Shown: in pieces, positions 23,952-37,349 of the stretch | Position numbering within the stretch: the stretch's first letter is position 1 | Layout of the letters: the number at the start of each line of letters is the position of its first letter | Assembly: GCA_010093995.1 (NCBI GenBank) | Contig: ML992502.1 | Location: 261,868 to 325,867 of the forward strand | Reading direction: 5' to 3' | Source: Elsinoe ampelina | Lineage: Eukaryota | DNA length: 64,000 nucleotides | Notes under the pieces: generated by a model | Databases searched by the model: none | Seen by the model: the letters and a program-made list of their open reading frames with translations, nothing else | Told to the model about the DNA's origin: nothing | Made by a program: the position numbers and the translations under genes

Positions 23952-25482
23952 TCAGTACGTCCTCGCCAGGTTTCTCAAGTACCAATCCACCAACTTTCTG
24001 CCAACCTTGGCTTCCGACACGTGAATCAAATCCTGCGATGTCATTAGTCATTGGACATCAATCGGATCAGAATATAGCTTACCCCTTGCATGGCATAATC
24101 AAGATCGCTTGTGTTCACCACATCGCCGCTGAGAAGACCACCCTCATTGTGCCTAACTTGTCTGCTTCTCTGCTTGTTCACCAGTAGCCAGCTGCGAAGA
24201 GTCTCCGCGTCGACCTCCAAGAACCCAGCGAGCTTCTTCACGTCCATTGTTGTGTAGAGCTTAAGGTAACTCCTGATGGTGGGGCTGAACATGTTATTCT
24301 TCACGTCCTCCATGAAGATGGCCAATTGATGCTCGACTGGATCGCCGTTCTGGTGAGGGTGATCAAAGTCGGGTGGAGTGGGTGAGATGAATTTCGGGCA
24401 CGAAGCGCGGAAGAGCTCCTCGAAGATAGGCAGAGCCTCAGGACCGCCTCGCTGCATGCGGGTGAATTGCTCGCCATACTTCTCCTTGAGTGCGGTGTGG
24501 ATGGTGTCGTCGAGCCTGGTTGGCTGGAAGGCGACGCAAATGGCCACAAGAGCGTACATCTGATCATTCTTCTTCGCGATGTTGTCATACTGCGCATTCT
24601 TCTGGAAGTTCTTCGTCCGAGATACGTAGATGAGGATATGTGTGAACATGCGGATCGCATCGGCGTATCGACCCATCATCATGTAGGAGAAGCCAATGTA
24701 GTAGTATGTGGTGAAGTGAGCTGCCATGACACGGGCGAACATGGCCTTCTTGTTGAGCTCGATATCGTCCAGAGTCTTTAGAGCCAGTGTAAAGTCACCG
24801 AGCAAGCAGTGCACCCTGAGTAGCCCGACGACTGAGAAGTATCCCAGCATTTGGTAGAGTGGCCGCGACCCATACTCTCCAGCGTACAAGCTGGGCTCCT
24901 CATTTCGCTTCTTCGCTGCAAGCTGCTCGCTGATTTGTGATCTTTGGATGAGAGAGTAGAGCACGTTCAAGACGCTGTAGCAGCCCCATGTGTTTGGATT
25001 CTCCCGCAGCACTGTGATATCTTCCTCGTTGTCCTGCTTGATGGCAAGCTTTTGTCTGTAGCTGCAGAAGGTGTTGAACTGGTAGATGAACTCGTCGATG
25101 ACTTCCCATGCCCAGTAGAACTGCTTCATATTAGTTTGAACCTCTCTCTGTACCCTTCTGAACGTACAGATGGCACCTCCAAATCTACAGGTCCATCCGA
25201 ATTGAGGATGTAGTGGAAGAGGTTGCAGTAGCTGTCGTAACTCGCGATCTTTGCTTCCAGGGATGCGCCGTACTCGAGAGGTTGTGCCGCGGCCTGCAAC
25301 TGTGCTTGAAGATCCTGTAACTGTCCTCCTACCGACTGCACATCGATGTCCTGATATTCATCGCCATACTGCACTTGCTGCTGATAATCGTTTGCGAGAG
25401 CCTCCTCTTCTACGTCCGAATCATCGTCAACCAAGCGCTGAGGATCGGCTTGCTGGTAACCAGGACCAGTGCGCAAGCTCAT
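23952..25482 (-). CDS. eIF3L: Eukaryotic translation initiation factor 3 subunit L; introns 25167-25121, 24082-24033
   Basis: WAWEVIDEFIYQF, LGYFSVVGLLRVHCLLGD, CPKFISP, IRSYLKLYTT, terminal DLIHVSEAKVGRKLVDWY. Confidence 0.95.
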
Positions 25483-25770
25483 GGTATCGATTGCGCAGTT
25501 CGAAAGTCGTAACTAGTGCCGTGAGTTGCCAGATGTGAGACTGTCACTGACTTCGTGGTCGACATGCAAAATTAAGCGAATTCCACGCTCAGCCCTACAG
25601 AGAACTCTTACCGAATTGGGACGCGTTGTGCGATCGGTCGGCGCGGGGCCAGAGGTACGCCGACAGCGGGGGGTATATTCTATGCTCATGATTTCACTTT
25701 CAACTCGCTGTTGATAAGAACTTCATTAATGTCAGAAGTCGACTAGTATTGCTGTAAGATCCAGCCAAGC

Positions 25771-26785
25771 ATGGCACCAATATACAAAGTTGCTGTGATA
25801 CAGCTCCACCCAAAGGTAGATGCCATATCACGTGACGTTCGCGGTAGCAGTGCTGATAGTGCTAGCCACTCCAACTAGACTTCAACTACAACAAGGCAGA
25901 AACATTCATACGTGCAGCTGCCGAGCAAGGAGCAGAGGTAGCAGTTCTACCAGAGTACCATTTAACCAACTGGATTCCTGACGACCCTAAATTCAAAGAA
26001 GCCTGCAGTCACTGGAAGAAGTACCTCGACAAGTATCGGGCATTAGCAAAGGAATGCAAGATCTCAATCGTGCCAGGAACGATAGTGGAGCTCCACACAG
26101 ACGACGAGCACGATAGGACAGGGCTTGACGAAGGCGAACAAGAAGGTGAAAGATTACTGAACGTAGCCTACTTCATTGGTCCGGATGGCGAGATCCTGGG
26201 CAAGTACGTGAAGAAGAATCTATGGGGTTCGATAGAGAGAGGACATCTCACCTCGTCAACACGAGATCCGCATCCAGTCTTTGATACACCGATAGGTAGA
26301 GTCGGCATGCTGGTATGCTGGGATTTGGCATTCCCGGAAGCATTTCGAGAGCTCATAGCTCAAGGTGCGAAGACGATCATCATACCTACTTTCTGGACGT
26401 TGAGCGACTGCTCAAAAGAAGGACTAGCCTTGAACCCGGTTGCAGAGAAGCTCTTTCTCGATTCTACATTGATAGCGAGGTGCTTTGAGAACACCTGTGG
26501 TATGTGGTCGACTAATATGGCCTGTTGCAATGCTGACTTTCTGCAGCAATCATCTTCGCAAATGCGGGAGGCCCTCCCGGAAAAGGATACTGTGGAGTGT
26601 CGCAAGTCGTTGTACCATATGTCGGTCCACTCGTGAGGTTGGGTAGTTGTACGGAGGGTGTGGCTGTGGCTGAGCTGGACATGGGCATCGTCGAGGATGC
26701 AGAGGCCAATTATCAAGTGCGAGCAGATCTTGCAAAGGCGGACTGGCATTATGATTACCGGCATAAGAGTGATGCGAAGCTGTAG
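25771..26785 (+). CDS. Carbon-nitrogen hydrolase (nitrilase superfamily); introns 25816-25865, 26500-26546
   Basis: Glu-Lys-Cys triad in LPEY, YVKKNLW, VCWDLAFPE; ARCFEN. Confidence 0.9.
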
Positions 26786-26935
26786 AACGGGAAAGTGAAT
26801 CCCCGCTATATCCTTTAGCCGTCATTTGGTGCGCTCTGTGTCGATCGCTTGATGCTTCCTGGACGTTCATCTTCCAGCAAGCAGGTTTGTCAAATGATTG
26901 TTGATAGAGCTGATGCAGGCGATGTCATGAATCGC

Positions 26936-27882
26936 TCATGGATGATCACCATTTCGTGGTATTACTGTCCCAATCTCATCTCGTACTCCCTTTGAGGTCA
27001 GGGGCGGTGGAGCAATACGAGCTTTGATTTCTTGGTCTTCAGCAAATCCAGCCATGCTTGTCATAGCAACAACCAGAAATCCAAGGTCTTCCCGGTCGAC
27101 ATCAAAGACTTCCCACCACGGCTCGTCAGGCAGATTGACTTCTGTCTCCCGGGCGCCGAGGTAGATCGCCGCGGCAGCCAAGTCGCAGGGTTGATGAGTA
27201 AGATAGATTAATTGAGGATTCAGGAGAGAGGAATTGAGATGCGCATGTGCACGACGGGCAAGCTCATGTCCCGAATCTGCGGTGAGAACTCCCAGCGTCT
27301 GCAGATAATTGATGCATAATGCATGAGGCAGTGCAACGTGGAGTTGAAACCCCAGAATCTGCAGGATTTGTGATTCACCCCGTAACAGTGCAGCACGATC
27401 GATTTCGATCTGACCCTCCGTGTACAGCGGTATGACCCCGTGTTTTGATGCGGTTGAATTCTCTACATCGTGTTCCGATGCATGAATGACGTAGTAGAAT
27501 GCGTTGAGTATCTGTTTGGGGCTCAATGGGTATGGCCCCGGTTTGGTTACCAAATAGAGAGCGGCCGCAGCAATATCCTAAACAGTAAGCTTTTGCAACA
27601 GGGGTACAACCATGACAGGTATACCTTGGCAGAGTGATCTAGTAGACTCCCACCTTTGGGACCGATCCAAAATCTGCAGAAGATTACGATTGTTTCAGCG
27701 ATGGTTTGCTGCGGGAGTCGTAGCAGAATCCCTACAGCCTGAATGATGGATGATGTTGAATATCGTATTGAGTCTTCCAGATCTCTCGGGACACCTGCAA
27801 TCTGTGAAGCTGATTGAGACAGCTGGTCCGGAGTAGCTATTGGGTTTGAGAGCTGGGATAGTCCTAGAATGACTGGCGCCAT
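26936..27882 (-). CDS. Cyclin L-like transcriptional cyclin; intron 27624-27578
   Basis: IQAVGILLRLPQ, AALYLVTK, ESQILQILGF..HVALPH, LAAAAIYL, PWWEVFDV. Confidence 0.85.
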
Positions 27883-28829
27883 GGAGTAATGCTGTGCTTC
27901 GGAATTTTCACCGGAAAGCTATGTCTCCAGACAAGGGTATGTAAGAAAGGCATGCAATTGACCGTTGTCGATGTGTCCCGCTCCCGAGATGAGCAGTGGA
28001 GTCGCCGAGGGAGCAGTGTGGAGGTGCGGTGAGGTGCAGGGGGTATCATACTACCACGAAATGTGATGTGAAGTCGAGGGGGCTTGGCACGTTTTTCGCG
28101 ACGCTCACCTCGGGAAAAACTCACAAGCGGCTTGTCACACCTGCGATTCCCTGCGCCATATCCAACCTGAAACGCCCCATTCTCCGCCTTCGACGTACTT
28201 GATCCCAAGCTATACCCACATCCCTTTTCGTTCTCGGTCTCTCTCTGCACTGGCGTTGTGCACGGCGTTTCACCTCTCCGGATGCGCCACAACCTCTTCA
28301 AGGTCCCTTGTCGGTTCAAACCTGAACAGACGTCAGTAGTAAAATGAAGAAGGACCTGCTCTACCTCTTCCATATGACTGTACAGTCTCACGCCTGCCGT
28401 AGGCGCCCAGGGATGGCCTCCAGATGGCCCTTCCGATCGACCTCGCCTCTCCGCACCAGCTCTCCCGACCCACCACACTTCTCGTTCTTAGCCGTCCATG
28501 CCCATGACCGTCGGTTGCACAAGTCGACTAGCTCCGACCGACCTGTTGTATGATGCTTGGATGAAACCCAAGACGTAGAGAGTCGGTTGTGTGATCCGAG
28601 TATGCAAGAAGCAGGTATGTTACTATATCGTTGATATGCCGCCTGTCCCTCCTTCTCTCTCTTCAAGGACTAGCTACGTGACTCTCCTTCGCCGCGCCCG
28701 CTCACTCTCTACGTCCCGGTCTGTGACCGATTGCACTCGTTTGTGACATTTTACGATCATTAAGCACTGGGTGCTACGACTACGACATAGATCAACGACC
28801 TCCACGCTCGCTACCAATTTAACGACACG

Positions 28830-31355
28830 ATGAAGTCTTACAATACTATCTTGGCCACCGCCGGTCTTGTGGCATCAGTCTCTGCCCATGGACGCTTCAT
28901 GAGCCCAGCTCCTCGTACTGCAGGTCAGGCATTCGCTGGTGCATGTGGTCAGCAGGCTTTCTACCAGGTCTCTGCCGACCCTAATGGCAACGTTCAGGGC
29001 CTACTCCAGGTCGTGAGGGGTCAGTCCGACTACAGGGCTGATGCTTGTATCGCCAACCTCTGCAAGGGTCTCAAGTATGAGGATAACACCGACAAGGTTC
29101 AACGCTACACTGCTGGTCAGGTCGTGCCCATGACCTTCAACGTCGCCGCTCCTCACACTGGAAGCGCCAACGTCTCCGTCGTTCGCACGAGCGACAACAC
29201 CGTCATCGGACAGCCCTTGAAGAGCTGGTCCAACTTTGCCCCAAACGCTGGCGGTGCTGCCCCAGATCAAGGTTCCTTCAGCATCACCATTCCTGACACT
29301 GGATCGGAGTGCGCATCGCCTGGTGCCTGCGTTCTTCAGCACTGGTGGGACGCCGACAAGCCCAATATCAGCCAGACCTACGAGTCCTGCATTGACGTTG
29401 TCATCGGCGGTGGCTCCAGCGGTGGTGATGCTCCAGCTCCAGCTCCGTCATCGTCCGCCGCCGCCGAGCCCGTCCCAGAGACGACCTCACAGCCACCCGT
29501 CGCCGCTCCTGTTACCACATCTGCCGCACCAACTTCCACCACACCACTCCCTGTCCGTCGCCCAACAAATACTTGTGCTTGCAGTGCCCCAGGTCTTGCT
29601 AGGAGACAAGCTCCTCCTTCAGCTTGCAACCCCACTGCCACCGTGACTGTCATCGAGAACGGCTCTGGAGCTCCTGGCGGCCCTGGCGGCAATGCTGGCG
29701 GTCCTACAGGCTACATCACCATCACTGCGACTGTCACTGCCTCTGCTACTGCTGGTGCCGGCGGTGCCGGCGGTGCTGGTGGTGCTGGTGGATCCGGCTC
29801 CGGCTCCGGCTCCAGTTCTGGTTCTGGTTCTGGCTCAGGTGGAGCTGGCGGCGCCGGTGGTGCTGGCGGTTCTGGCTCCGGATCTGGTGGAGCTGGTGGT
29901 TCTGGTTCTGGCACTGGTTCAGGTGCAGGCGGCGCTGGTCCAGGCGCCGGCCCAGTCACCGTCACCGTCACTAATATCGTCACATCTGCACCGCCTTCTC
30001 TCCCCACTGGTCCAAATGGACAGCCTGTGGGAGGATATGTCACAACTGTTGATGGCACTCCCATCTCTGTCATCACTCGCACCGTGACCGCTACACAGAC
30101 CGTCACTGCTACAGTGACCAATACCTTCACCATCACTCCTCCAGCAGAGGCTACCGTCACCCAAACTGTTACACAGACTAGCACTATCACCTCTGCTGTC
30201 ACTGTGACTTTGTCCACTTCCAGGATCAACATTCCTCCTGCCACTACAAGCTCGGTTGCGGCTCCGTTCCCACTGCCGAACGGAACTTTCCCTGGCTCCA
30301 CGGTTAATGAAGCATCAACTTCCCTGTCCACTAGTGGCTTCACTTTCAGCCCTCTGCCTACCACGACTGCTCCCTTCCCAACTGGAGGTAACGGCACCGT
30401 CATCAACCCAGTCACCAGCTCTTCTAGATTGAGCACAGGTCTTTCCACTGTGGACGTTACCGCTACCGCTTCAGTCACCACCACTCGCATCACTTCCTCC
30501 GGGGTGCCGTTCCCCACTGGCGGCAATGGCACCACTGTGAACCCAGTTGGTACTGGATCGACCACCCGTCGTCCAACGACTCTTCCAAGCTCGTACCCGT
30601 CCGCGTCTGTCCCAGTCAGCAACGACAACATCAACTCGACCACTCGAGCATCTAGCAGCAGCAGCACTCGCATCGCAGCTCCCTTCCCAACCGGTGCTAC
30701 TAACGGCACTGCCGTCAACCCCGTTGTGACTGGTACCGGTGTGACTAGCCGTCCAGCTGCTACATTGACTCCTTACCCAAGCCAGTCTGGTGTTACAGTC
30801 ACCGGCGGCAACACCAACGGCACTACCGCAAACCCTGTGACGACCAGCTTCTCCACTCGTGTGTCTGTCCCCATCGGTACCGGCGTCACCTCGCGCCCAG
30901 CAGGAACTCTTCCAGTGCCATACCCGACCTCGGCAACATTCAACAACACCAACCCCGACGGCACCTCCACCACCGGTCCAACCGCAACCATCACCTCCCT
31001 TCCCATCAGCAGCGGCGCCATCTCCTCCATCGCCTCCCTCACCTCGCTGATCCCGACCAACAGCCTCAACTCCACCATCCCAACCGGAACGGGCATCTAC
31101 TCCTCCCTCTCCTCCCTCATCTCCTCCCTCCCTACCGCTTCAGGCCAACCAGGCTACGGCGCCCCACCTCCTCGACCCCAGCCAGGCAGCGGTTCCAAGA
31201 TCGCTGATCTCCTCCGCTGGATCGCGGACTTGATCCTGCGCGCCAAGGCAAAGAACGAGGGTAGGCCGGCCCCACCGGCCACCACGAGTCCGCTCCCCGA
31301 GACTCCAAAGATACCTTACGTCTATCGTAGGGCAGCGAGGGACTTCAGGGCCTAA
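28830..31355 (+). CDS. Secreted AA16 LPMO-family protein with long Gly/Ser/Thr-rich tail
   Basis: 19-aa signal peptide followed by His1 (HGRFMSPAPR); ACGQQ, CKG, APHTG, CVLQHWW, QTYESC match the AA16 pattern as I recall it; catalytic domain ends ~29405. Confidence 0.87.
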   Translation: MKSYNTILATAGLVASVSAHGRFMSPAPRTAGQAFAGACGQQAFYQVSADPNGNVQGLLQVVRGQSDYRADACIANLCKGLKYEDNTDKVQRYTAGQVVPMTFNVAAPHTGSANVSVVRTSDNTVIGQPLKSWSNFAPNAGGAAPDQGSFSITIPDTGSECASPGACVLQHWWDADKPNISQTYESCIDVVIGGGSSGGDAPAPAPSSSAAAEPVPETTSQPPVAAPVTTSAAPTSTTPLPVRRPTNTCACSAPGLARRQAPPSACNPTATVTVIENGSGAPGGPGGNAGGPTGYITITATVTASATAGAGGAGGAGGAGGSGSGSGSSSGSGSGSGGAGGAGGAGGSGSGSGGAGGSGSGTGSGAGGAGPGAGPVTVTVTNIVTSAPPSLPTGPNGQPVGGYVTTVDGTPISVITRTVTATQTVTATVTNTFTITPPAEATVTQTVTQTSTITSAVTVTLSTSRINIPPATTSSVAAPFPLPNGTFPGSTVNEASTSLSTSGFTFSPLPTTTAPFPTGGNGTVINPVTSSSRLSTGLSTVDVTATASVTTTRITSSGVPFPTGGNGTTVNPVGTGSTTRRPTTLPSSYPSASVPVSNDNINSTTRASSSSSTRIAAPFPTGATNGTAVNPVVTGTGVTSRPAATLTPYPSQSGVTVTGGNTNGTTANPVTTSFSTRVSVPIGTGVTSRPAGTLPVPYPTSATFNNTNPDGTSTTGPTATITSLPISSGAISSIASLTSLIPTNSLNSTIPTGTGIYSSLSSLISSLPTASGQPGYGAPPPRPQPGSGSKIADLLRWIADLILRAKAKNEGRPAPPATTSPLPETPKIPYVYRRAARDFRA

Positions 31356-32269
31356 ACGTCTCGTCCTGCACGGGACCTGACAAGCGGCTCGACGTGGCGG
31401 AGAGAGATCGTGTACACGTCTTCTCGACATCTTCTCGACACGGATCACAGGCGTGAAATGCTGGCATGGAGCGGCTGTCATTGGAACCAAGGTCTCGGAG
31501 ACTGTGTACTCGTCTTACCTCGCTCAATCTCGTCTGGCTCGCACTGTCAAGTCACAAGACGAACTGGATACGGCTGCTCATACAGAATGGAAGGAACACT
31601 GTAGGAAATAGGGACATCTCGACGATCAAGAAAACATGTATCGCCACCTTTGTATGCTCGCTATAGAATAGTTTTTGTGCGGGCGTGGAACATCGCTTGT
31701 TCGCTTCTCTTGGGTCCCATCTTCTCATCCGTGTCCCGTGGCACTTGATCAACTTGCACCTTTGCCCTACAATGGCCTCCTTCTGCTCTCATCTGCTTCC
31801 CCCGTGTCCCCAATCACCACACCCCACCCTCTCTCCCTTACTCGCGAGTCGTACCCCCATTCCCCCCTCCCAAGTCCCCCACCTCCCAGACCTCCGGTGG
31901 GATGGATCCAGCCTGTACCCCAATCGGCCCGACACGGATCGTCGCAAAACACGCGGTGGCCTCAGGCCGTCCGTCTCGGACCCTGCATTCTGATACCCGC
32001 ACGCGAAGCCCATGCTTTCGGGGTGTAACAAGCTCCATGACCCTGGTAATTTCACGTGCTCGGCTTCATGGATACTTCAGACGGTCTCGAGAAGGGATTG
32101 TGGAGGCAGTGCTGCCTCAGACCCGTTGTGGCCTGTTGTAGTTTCTAATTCTCGTTTCTCTGTCTCGGCCACGGGAAGCTTTCGGAAACGAAGTCTAGAC
32201 TCTAGGCTTGCTTGGAATGCAACGCTTGCTCTGACATGCTACACTGAGGCTGAGAGCAGGTCCGGATGA

Positions 32270-33846
32270 TCATCTGAATAACCCCTCCACTACCTCTCCT
32301 ACTCCAAGCACCTGCTCATCATCCCCTACCTGCCCCATGACCTGCATCCCTGCCGTGCTCACTTCCCCCTCCCCAAACTCTCCTTCCAGCGGCACTGGCA
32401 CGCTCACGACCGGCAACCCGGCTAGACTCGCCGGCACAGTCAAGACATCACCTAGATACCTCTCCACCGCCGTTTGCCTCTCCACTTCGTCCAGCGTAGG
32501 CGGCAGCGTCGGCGCCGTAGGAGCAATGAGGACATCCACCTTCTCCTGTCCCACTTCCCGCTCACTTCCCCCCTGCGTGTTCCGCTCCACCTCCCGTGAC
32601 GACCGCACAAGCGTGTTCACCGCCGCAAAAACCCCATCAAACTCCCCCCTCACCAACCTCCTCACCTTCTGCGCCTGCAAGAAATAATTCCCAAACGCCC
32701 CAGACGAAAGCGTGTATGTACCCAACAGTATCCTCCTCCTCACCTCTGCACCGAAAGCCTGGCCGCGCGTCTTGGCGTAGAGAACGCTCTCTTGCCCTTT
32801 CGCCTGATCTTTGTCTTTGAGGACCACCGCGTCCGGCCCTTTGGAGCGGAAACCATACTCCACGCCATCGTAGCGGGCGAGGTTGGAGGAGGCTTCTGCC
32901 GGGGCGAGGATGTAATATGCTGACAAGGCGAGGGGGGTGGAGGGGAGGGAGACGGGAACCAGAGAATGGCCTTGATCTTGCAGGAGGGATAGGGTGCGGG
33001 TCCAGGCTGAGCGGACGGAGGGGTGGAGCCCGGAGACGTTGTACTCTTTTGGGACGCCGATGCGTAGACGCGAGGAATTCGACGTGGAGAGAGGAGTGAA
33101 GCGGCTCCGAGTCCTCGAGGAAAGGCTAGTGGGGTCCTTAGGGTCGTGCTTGTCCAGAACGTGAAAGACGGAACGGGTGTTCCGGACGGAAGTGCTGATA
33201 ATCCCAACCGTGTCGAGGCTGTTGGCGTAATCGACTACACCATACCGTGAGATGCGGCCGTAGGTGGGCTTGAAACCGACTGTGCCTGTCCAGGCTGCGG
33301 GAAGGCGAACGGAGCCACCTGTATCGGTGCCCAAGGCGGCCCAGCATTGACCTGTTGCGACTGCTATGGCGCTGCCGCCAGAAGAGCCGCCAGCGCTCAG
33401 AGGCGAGGATGACCCAGCGGGATGCAAGTGACTCTGGACAGTGCCGGAGAAGGGCGACTGGCTGTGTGATCCCATGCCAAACTCGTCCATGTTGGTCTTG
33501 CCTGCCACAATGGCTCCAGCTTTGTGCAGCAGCTCAGCAACAGTAGATGAAATGGGCGAGGTGTAGCCCTCGAGAGCTTGGGAAGAGCATGTTGTCGGCT
33601 CAGATGAGGACTTCAGGGAGGCGATATTATCCTTCAAAGAGATCAGTCGGCCGTGCAGAGGCTCTGTAAATTGTCAGATGCGAAAGCCTAGTAGATATGT
33701 ATGAAAGTATTACGAGTCGGGGCAGCATCGAGTGCTTGAGCTACAGGTCGAAGCTTGGCAGCTGTCGGGGCCGTCACATAGGCATTGAGGTGTTGATGCG
33801 CCAGTTGGCGCGAGATGCATTGCTCTACATGGCGGAGCGAGGACAT
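32270..33846 (-). CDS. HER2: Glutamyl-tRNA(Gln) amidotransferase subunit A, mitochondrial; intron 33713-33664
   Basis: LKDNI, GKTNMDEFGMGS, GGSSGGS, GTDTGGSVRLPA, SSNLARYDG, FGAEVRRRILLG. Confidence 0.92.
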
Positions 33847-34087
33847 GAGAGGTCGCGGATGGTAGAGAGAAATGGACGTTGCAAGGTGTAGGATATCTCG
33901 AGGTCGGCTGCAGTTGCGCATATTTGCCACACCGTACAAAGCTGATCGGTCTCAAGGCAAAACGAATGTCGATTGATTGATGATGCTATCTATCACTGCT
34001 TGCACCGCATTATCAAATACTGATCACTCGAGCTATCATCTCACTGCTGGTATCCACGATCATGCTGTATCTCCCCTGAAGCCCAGC

Positions 34088-36686
34088 TCAGCGTTCGTTC
34101 TCTTTGTCGGACACATCCTCCCAGATGCCGGATTCGTCGTCATCGTCCTTGTAGGTCATTCGCACCGACACGCATGCTCGACCGCTCATCTGCGATCTGG
34201 AGGACTGAGCGTTCTTCTTCAAGCGCAATGGCAGTACCTTGGGCCGTTGGGTGGCCCCGTCTTCCAAGTCGGCTGCGATTTCATTGTCAAGCACTTCCTC
34301 AGTGGAAGAACGGCGAAGGAGATTGATGACATCCTTGGCCAAGGTTCTTTGTTCTGAAGGAGTACCATGATCCCTGTTCCCCTCTTCTGGATCTGTTGGC
34401 GGCGATGGTAGATCATCAGGGCGCGTCAATTCAGCATCCAAGGCCTGAGGAGTGGATGATACGAAGACAGCCGGCGTCGAAGCGCCGTGATCATCACCGG
34501 GTGCAGTGTGGACTCCTTCATTCTCGACCTCATCATCATCGTCGACGTTGGAGTACGGATGTGGCCAATCTGCTGGACGCTTGAGCTGCTGCGGATCGTC
34601 ACTCAGAAGCCAGGCCGAAGAGGCTCGTGGTTTGCTTGGTCGGACGCCATCGATCTCATCGGTTCTTGTGCTCTCAGCGCTGGGTACACGCGTGGTCTGC
34701 CGATTGCGGATACCGAAAATCTCCCAGTACCTCTGTTCACGTTCCGCGCGTTGTGCGTAGAAGTCAACTGGAGATCCTATGTCCGGCGTGGAGACTGTGG
34801 TTCCGGGCTTCTCAGCATTGGGCCCCATTTCGGTGAGCGGATTTTGAATGTTGAATGCCGGCTTGCTCGGGAGAACAGCACCAAGCTCGGCTTGATCAGG
34901 ACGACGGACAGACTCAAGGACTTGCACTTGGTGCAGATGACGCTTCGCACTCAACATCGCCTTCTCGTCATCAGAAGCATAGAAGAGACTCTGCACCTCG
35001 AGCGGAGATTGCAGTGGTTCAGAGAACGTGTCTGACCCCGCATGAAGCGCATTGGTCGTCCCACCAGATTCGCGGGACGTGTGGCGCGAAGACGGCCCCG
35101 AAGACTGTAACGAGTGTGCTCCTGGTCCTACATCAGAGTTCAGAGTGCGGAGAGGAAGATCTGTCCGTTCGGCGGCCATCTCGGACTGGCCTGTCCAAGT
35201 CATGATTGGTGGTGAATAGGGAGGCGCTTTTCGAAGTTCGGCCTCGATATCAGCCATACGCCCCTCCAGATGCTGTAGAGCTCTGCGACTGACTTCAATC
35301 TCCATCCGAAGCGCTTGTGGGGACATTGTGGCCAAGTCATCATCGATGCCGTCTGGAATGTGTCTGACAGCCTCAGCTGAATACTCGGGAGGCAAGGCTA
35401 GTGCTGTTGCGTGAGCTTTGGCTGGGGTGGCGCGGATTGAGCTCGATGGAGATATGGAGATACCTGTGGCTGGAAGTCCGGAGGAAGGGTCGGCAGCGCC
35501 GTCTACCTTCGCAGGCAGGGCCTCATTTGTGGCTTGAGCTGGTAGCTCCAGAAGGCTCTTGGCAGCTATTGGTCCGACATCAAAAGGATCATCCAGAGGC
35601 AAGTTGGTTCCGGGCATTGGGGAAGGTAGAGCTGGAATGACTTCGGGCGAGGGGGAGGCTTCGGGTAGCTTATGAGGCCTGTTCCGGCTGACCTTCCTCA
35701 TACGCCAGTGATCATTCGATGAGCGACGTGGAATATGGATATGTTCGTCCTTGATTCGCTCAATTTCGCTTCTGATGGCTTGCCGTTTGGAACGACGCCT
35801 GGCCATGATCATTGTGTTTCTAGTCTCGGTATCAACGTCAACAACTGGCGACTCAGGAGCTTGGATCGGGGTCTCCCTGTGGGCAGTGATAGCTTCCGAC
35901 TTCACCTCGCTGCTGTCCAGACTCTCATCGCCGAAAAGCCTGGTGGGAGACAGCTGACCGGACTCGATTTCGAAGTCGATAGTCGGTGGTGGACTTCCAC
36001 GTGGAATAGGTATCGGAGAGGAACCCGTGGTATCCACAGAGTCGTGACCGCGAGAATGACGGTCTGGTGTACGGACCTTTGCTGACAAGTTTGCGCTGGA
36101 ATCATCGCTTCGAGTCATGCTCAGTACATGCAAATTGCGAAGACTGGCACGAGCTGGGGAGGTGTGGACCGATCCTGTATCGGCGGCTTCGTCGATCAAC
36201 TCTTCTGGGCCGACGAGTTTTGTGAGCGATCGCTTTGCCATCATGTCGACCAACAATGAAGACCGCTTGGACTTGGAGTGGGTCGTCAAGACTCTGCGTA
36301 GGGATAGTGAGGCCCCTCGACGAAGCTCTGGTGTCGCATCCACCTCTTGGAGTCTGGACGTTCGCGTACGAGCCGAACTGAAGGACCTCGTAGGTACAGA
36401 TGGACGACCACTGCGCGCACGATCAGACATTGTCACCGCCTAATTTGGATAACAAGGCTCACTGCTCATCGTGCTCTGGCACTCCCCTGATATGGTCGAT
36501 GCTACCCTTTGCCTTCAACAGCACGGAACGTGCTATTCCACTCATACTGTCCCTCCAAGTGTTATGCCTGCTACTTCTATTGAGAGATAGCTCTACATCC
36601 TTGTTGAGAGTGCTTTGCAGGCTTGCAGTCGCAGATGGACGTCTCGCGTCAGACGCAGTCGTATCTTCGGAGGACTGTCGAGCCAT
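34088..36686 (-). CDS. Large low-complexity hypothetical protein; intron 36462-36411
   Basis: 782-codon ORF plus an upstream exon joined in frame by GTGAGC...CTGAT...CAG; short coiled coil; no family recognised. Confidence 0.7.
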
Positions 36687-37349
36687 ACTGGTTGTACGAT
36701 ACTGTGGTATGAAAGATGCTTAGATGAGAATGCCAGACAAAACTATTGTTGTGACAATCATCGTGGCGACAGTCGAGCCAAAGATTCAAGTGGATGGGTC
36801 GAAGATGGAAAGAGCTCAAGATGCTCAACAACGGATGGCAAGCACTCCACGAGCTCTTGCCCAACATCTCGAACCAAGAGAGTGGACTTTGCTCTCCACA
36901 GCCGCTGAGCTGTCATGAGTACCGTGTTGAACAGCGAGATTATCACGCTGTTGCACTTGATCATAGCACCCGGATGTCGGTCGTTTGCTGCTTGACAAAC
37001 ACTCTTGCTTCCTGTCTCCAGGACCATGAATGGGCGAAAATACGTGCAATCATTTTGTTCACCACTGATATGATCAAGAACTCCCGCAATTTTCTTCAGA
37101 ATAGGATCAGGCGCTCGACTACAACGACGCATAACCCCCATGCGACACCAGCCGATGCTCGTGGCGCACATCACGTGACATTCATTGCAGAACTTGACAT
37201 CTGGCCCACCGTAGCCTCAATCCCGCAGTTCGCGTTTCGTCACGGGCAACTTTTACAAGCTCCATCCAAAGCTTTGACTTGCGAGACCGCACTCATAACC
37301 TTTAACTTCTCTGCCTTGTCAATTGGAAGCACCAATCCCGACTTTCACC

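Noticed and set aside
27864..28666. ORFs of 70-200 aa between cyclin L and AA16
   Set aside because: No motifs or coding bias; probably divergent promoter or UTR sequence
29711..30718. 335-aa antisense ORF within the AA16 tail
   Set aside because: Mirror of Thr/Ser/Gly-rich codons on the sense strand
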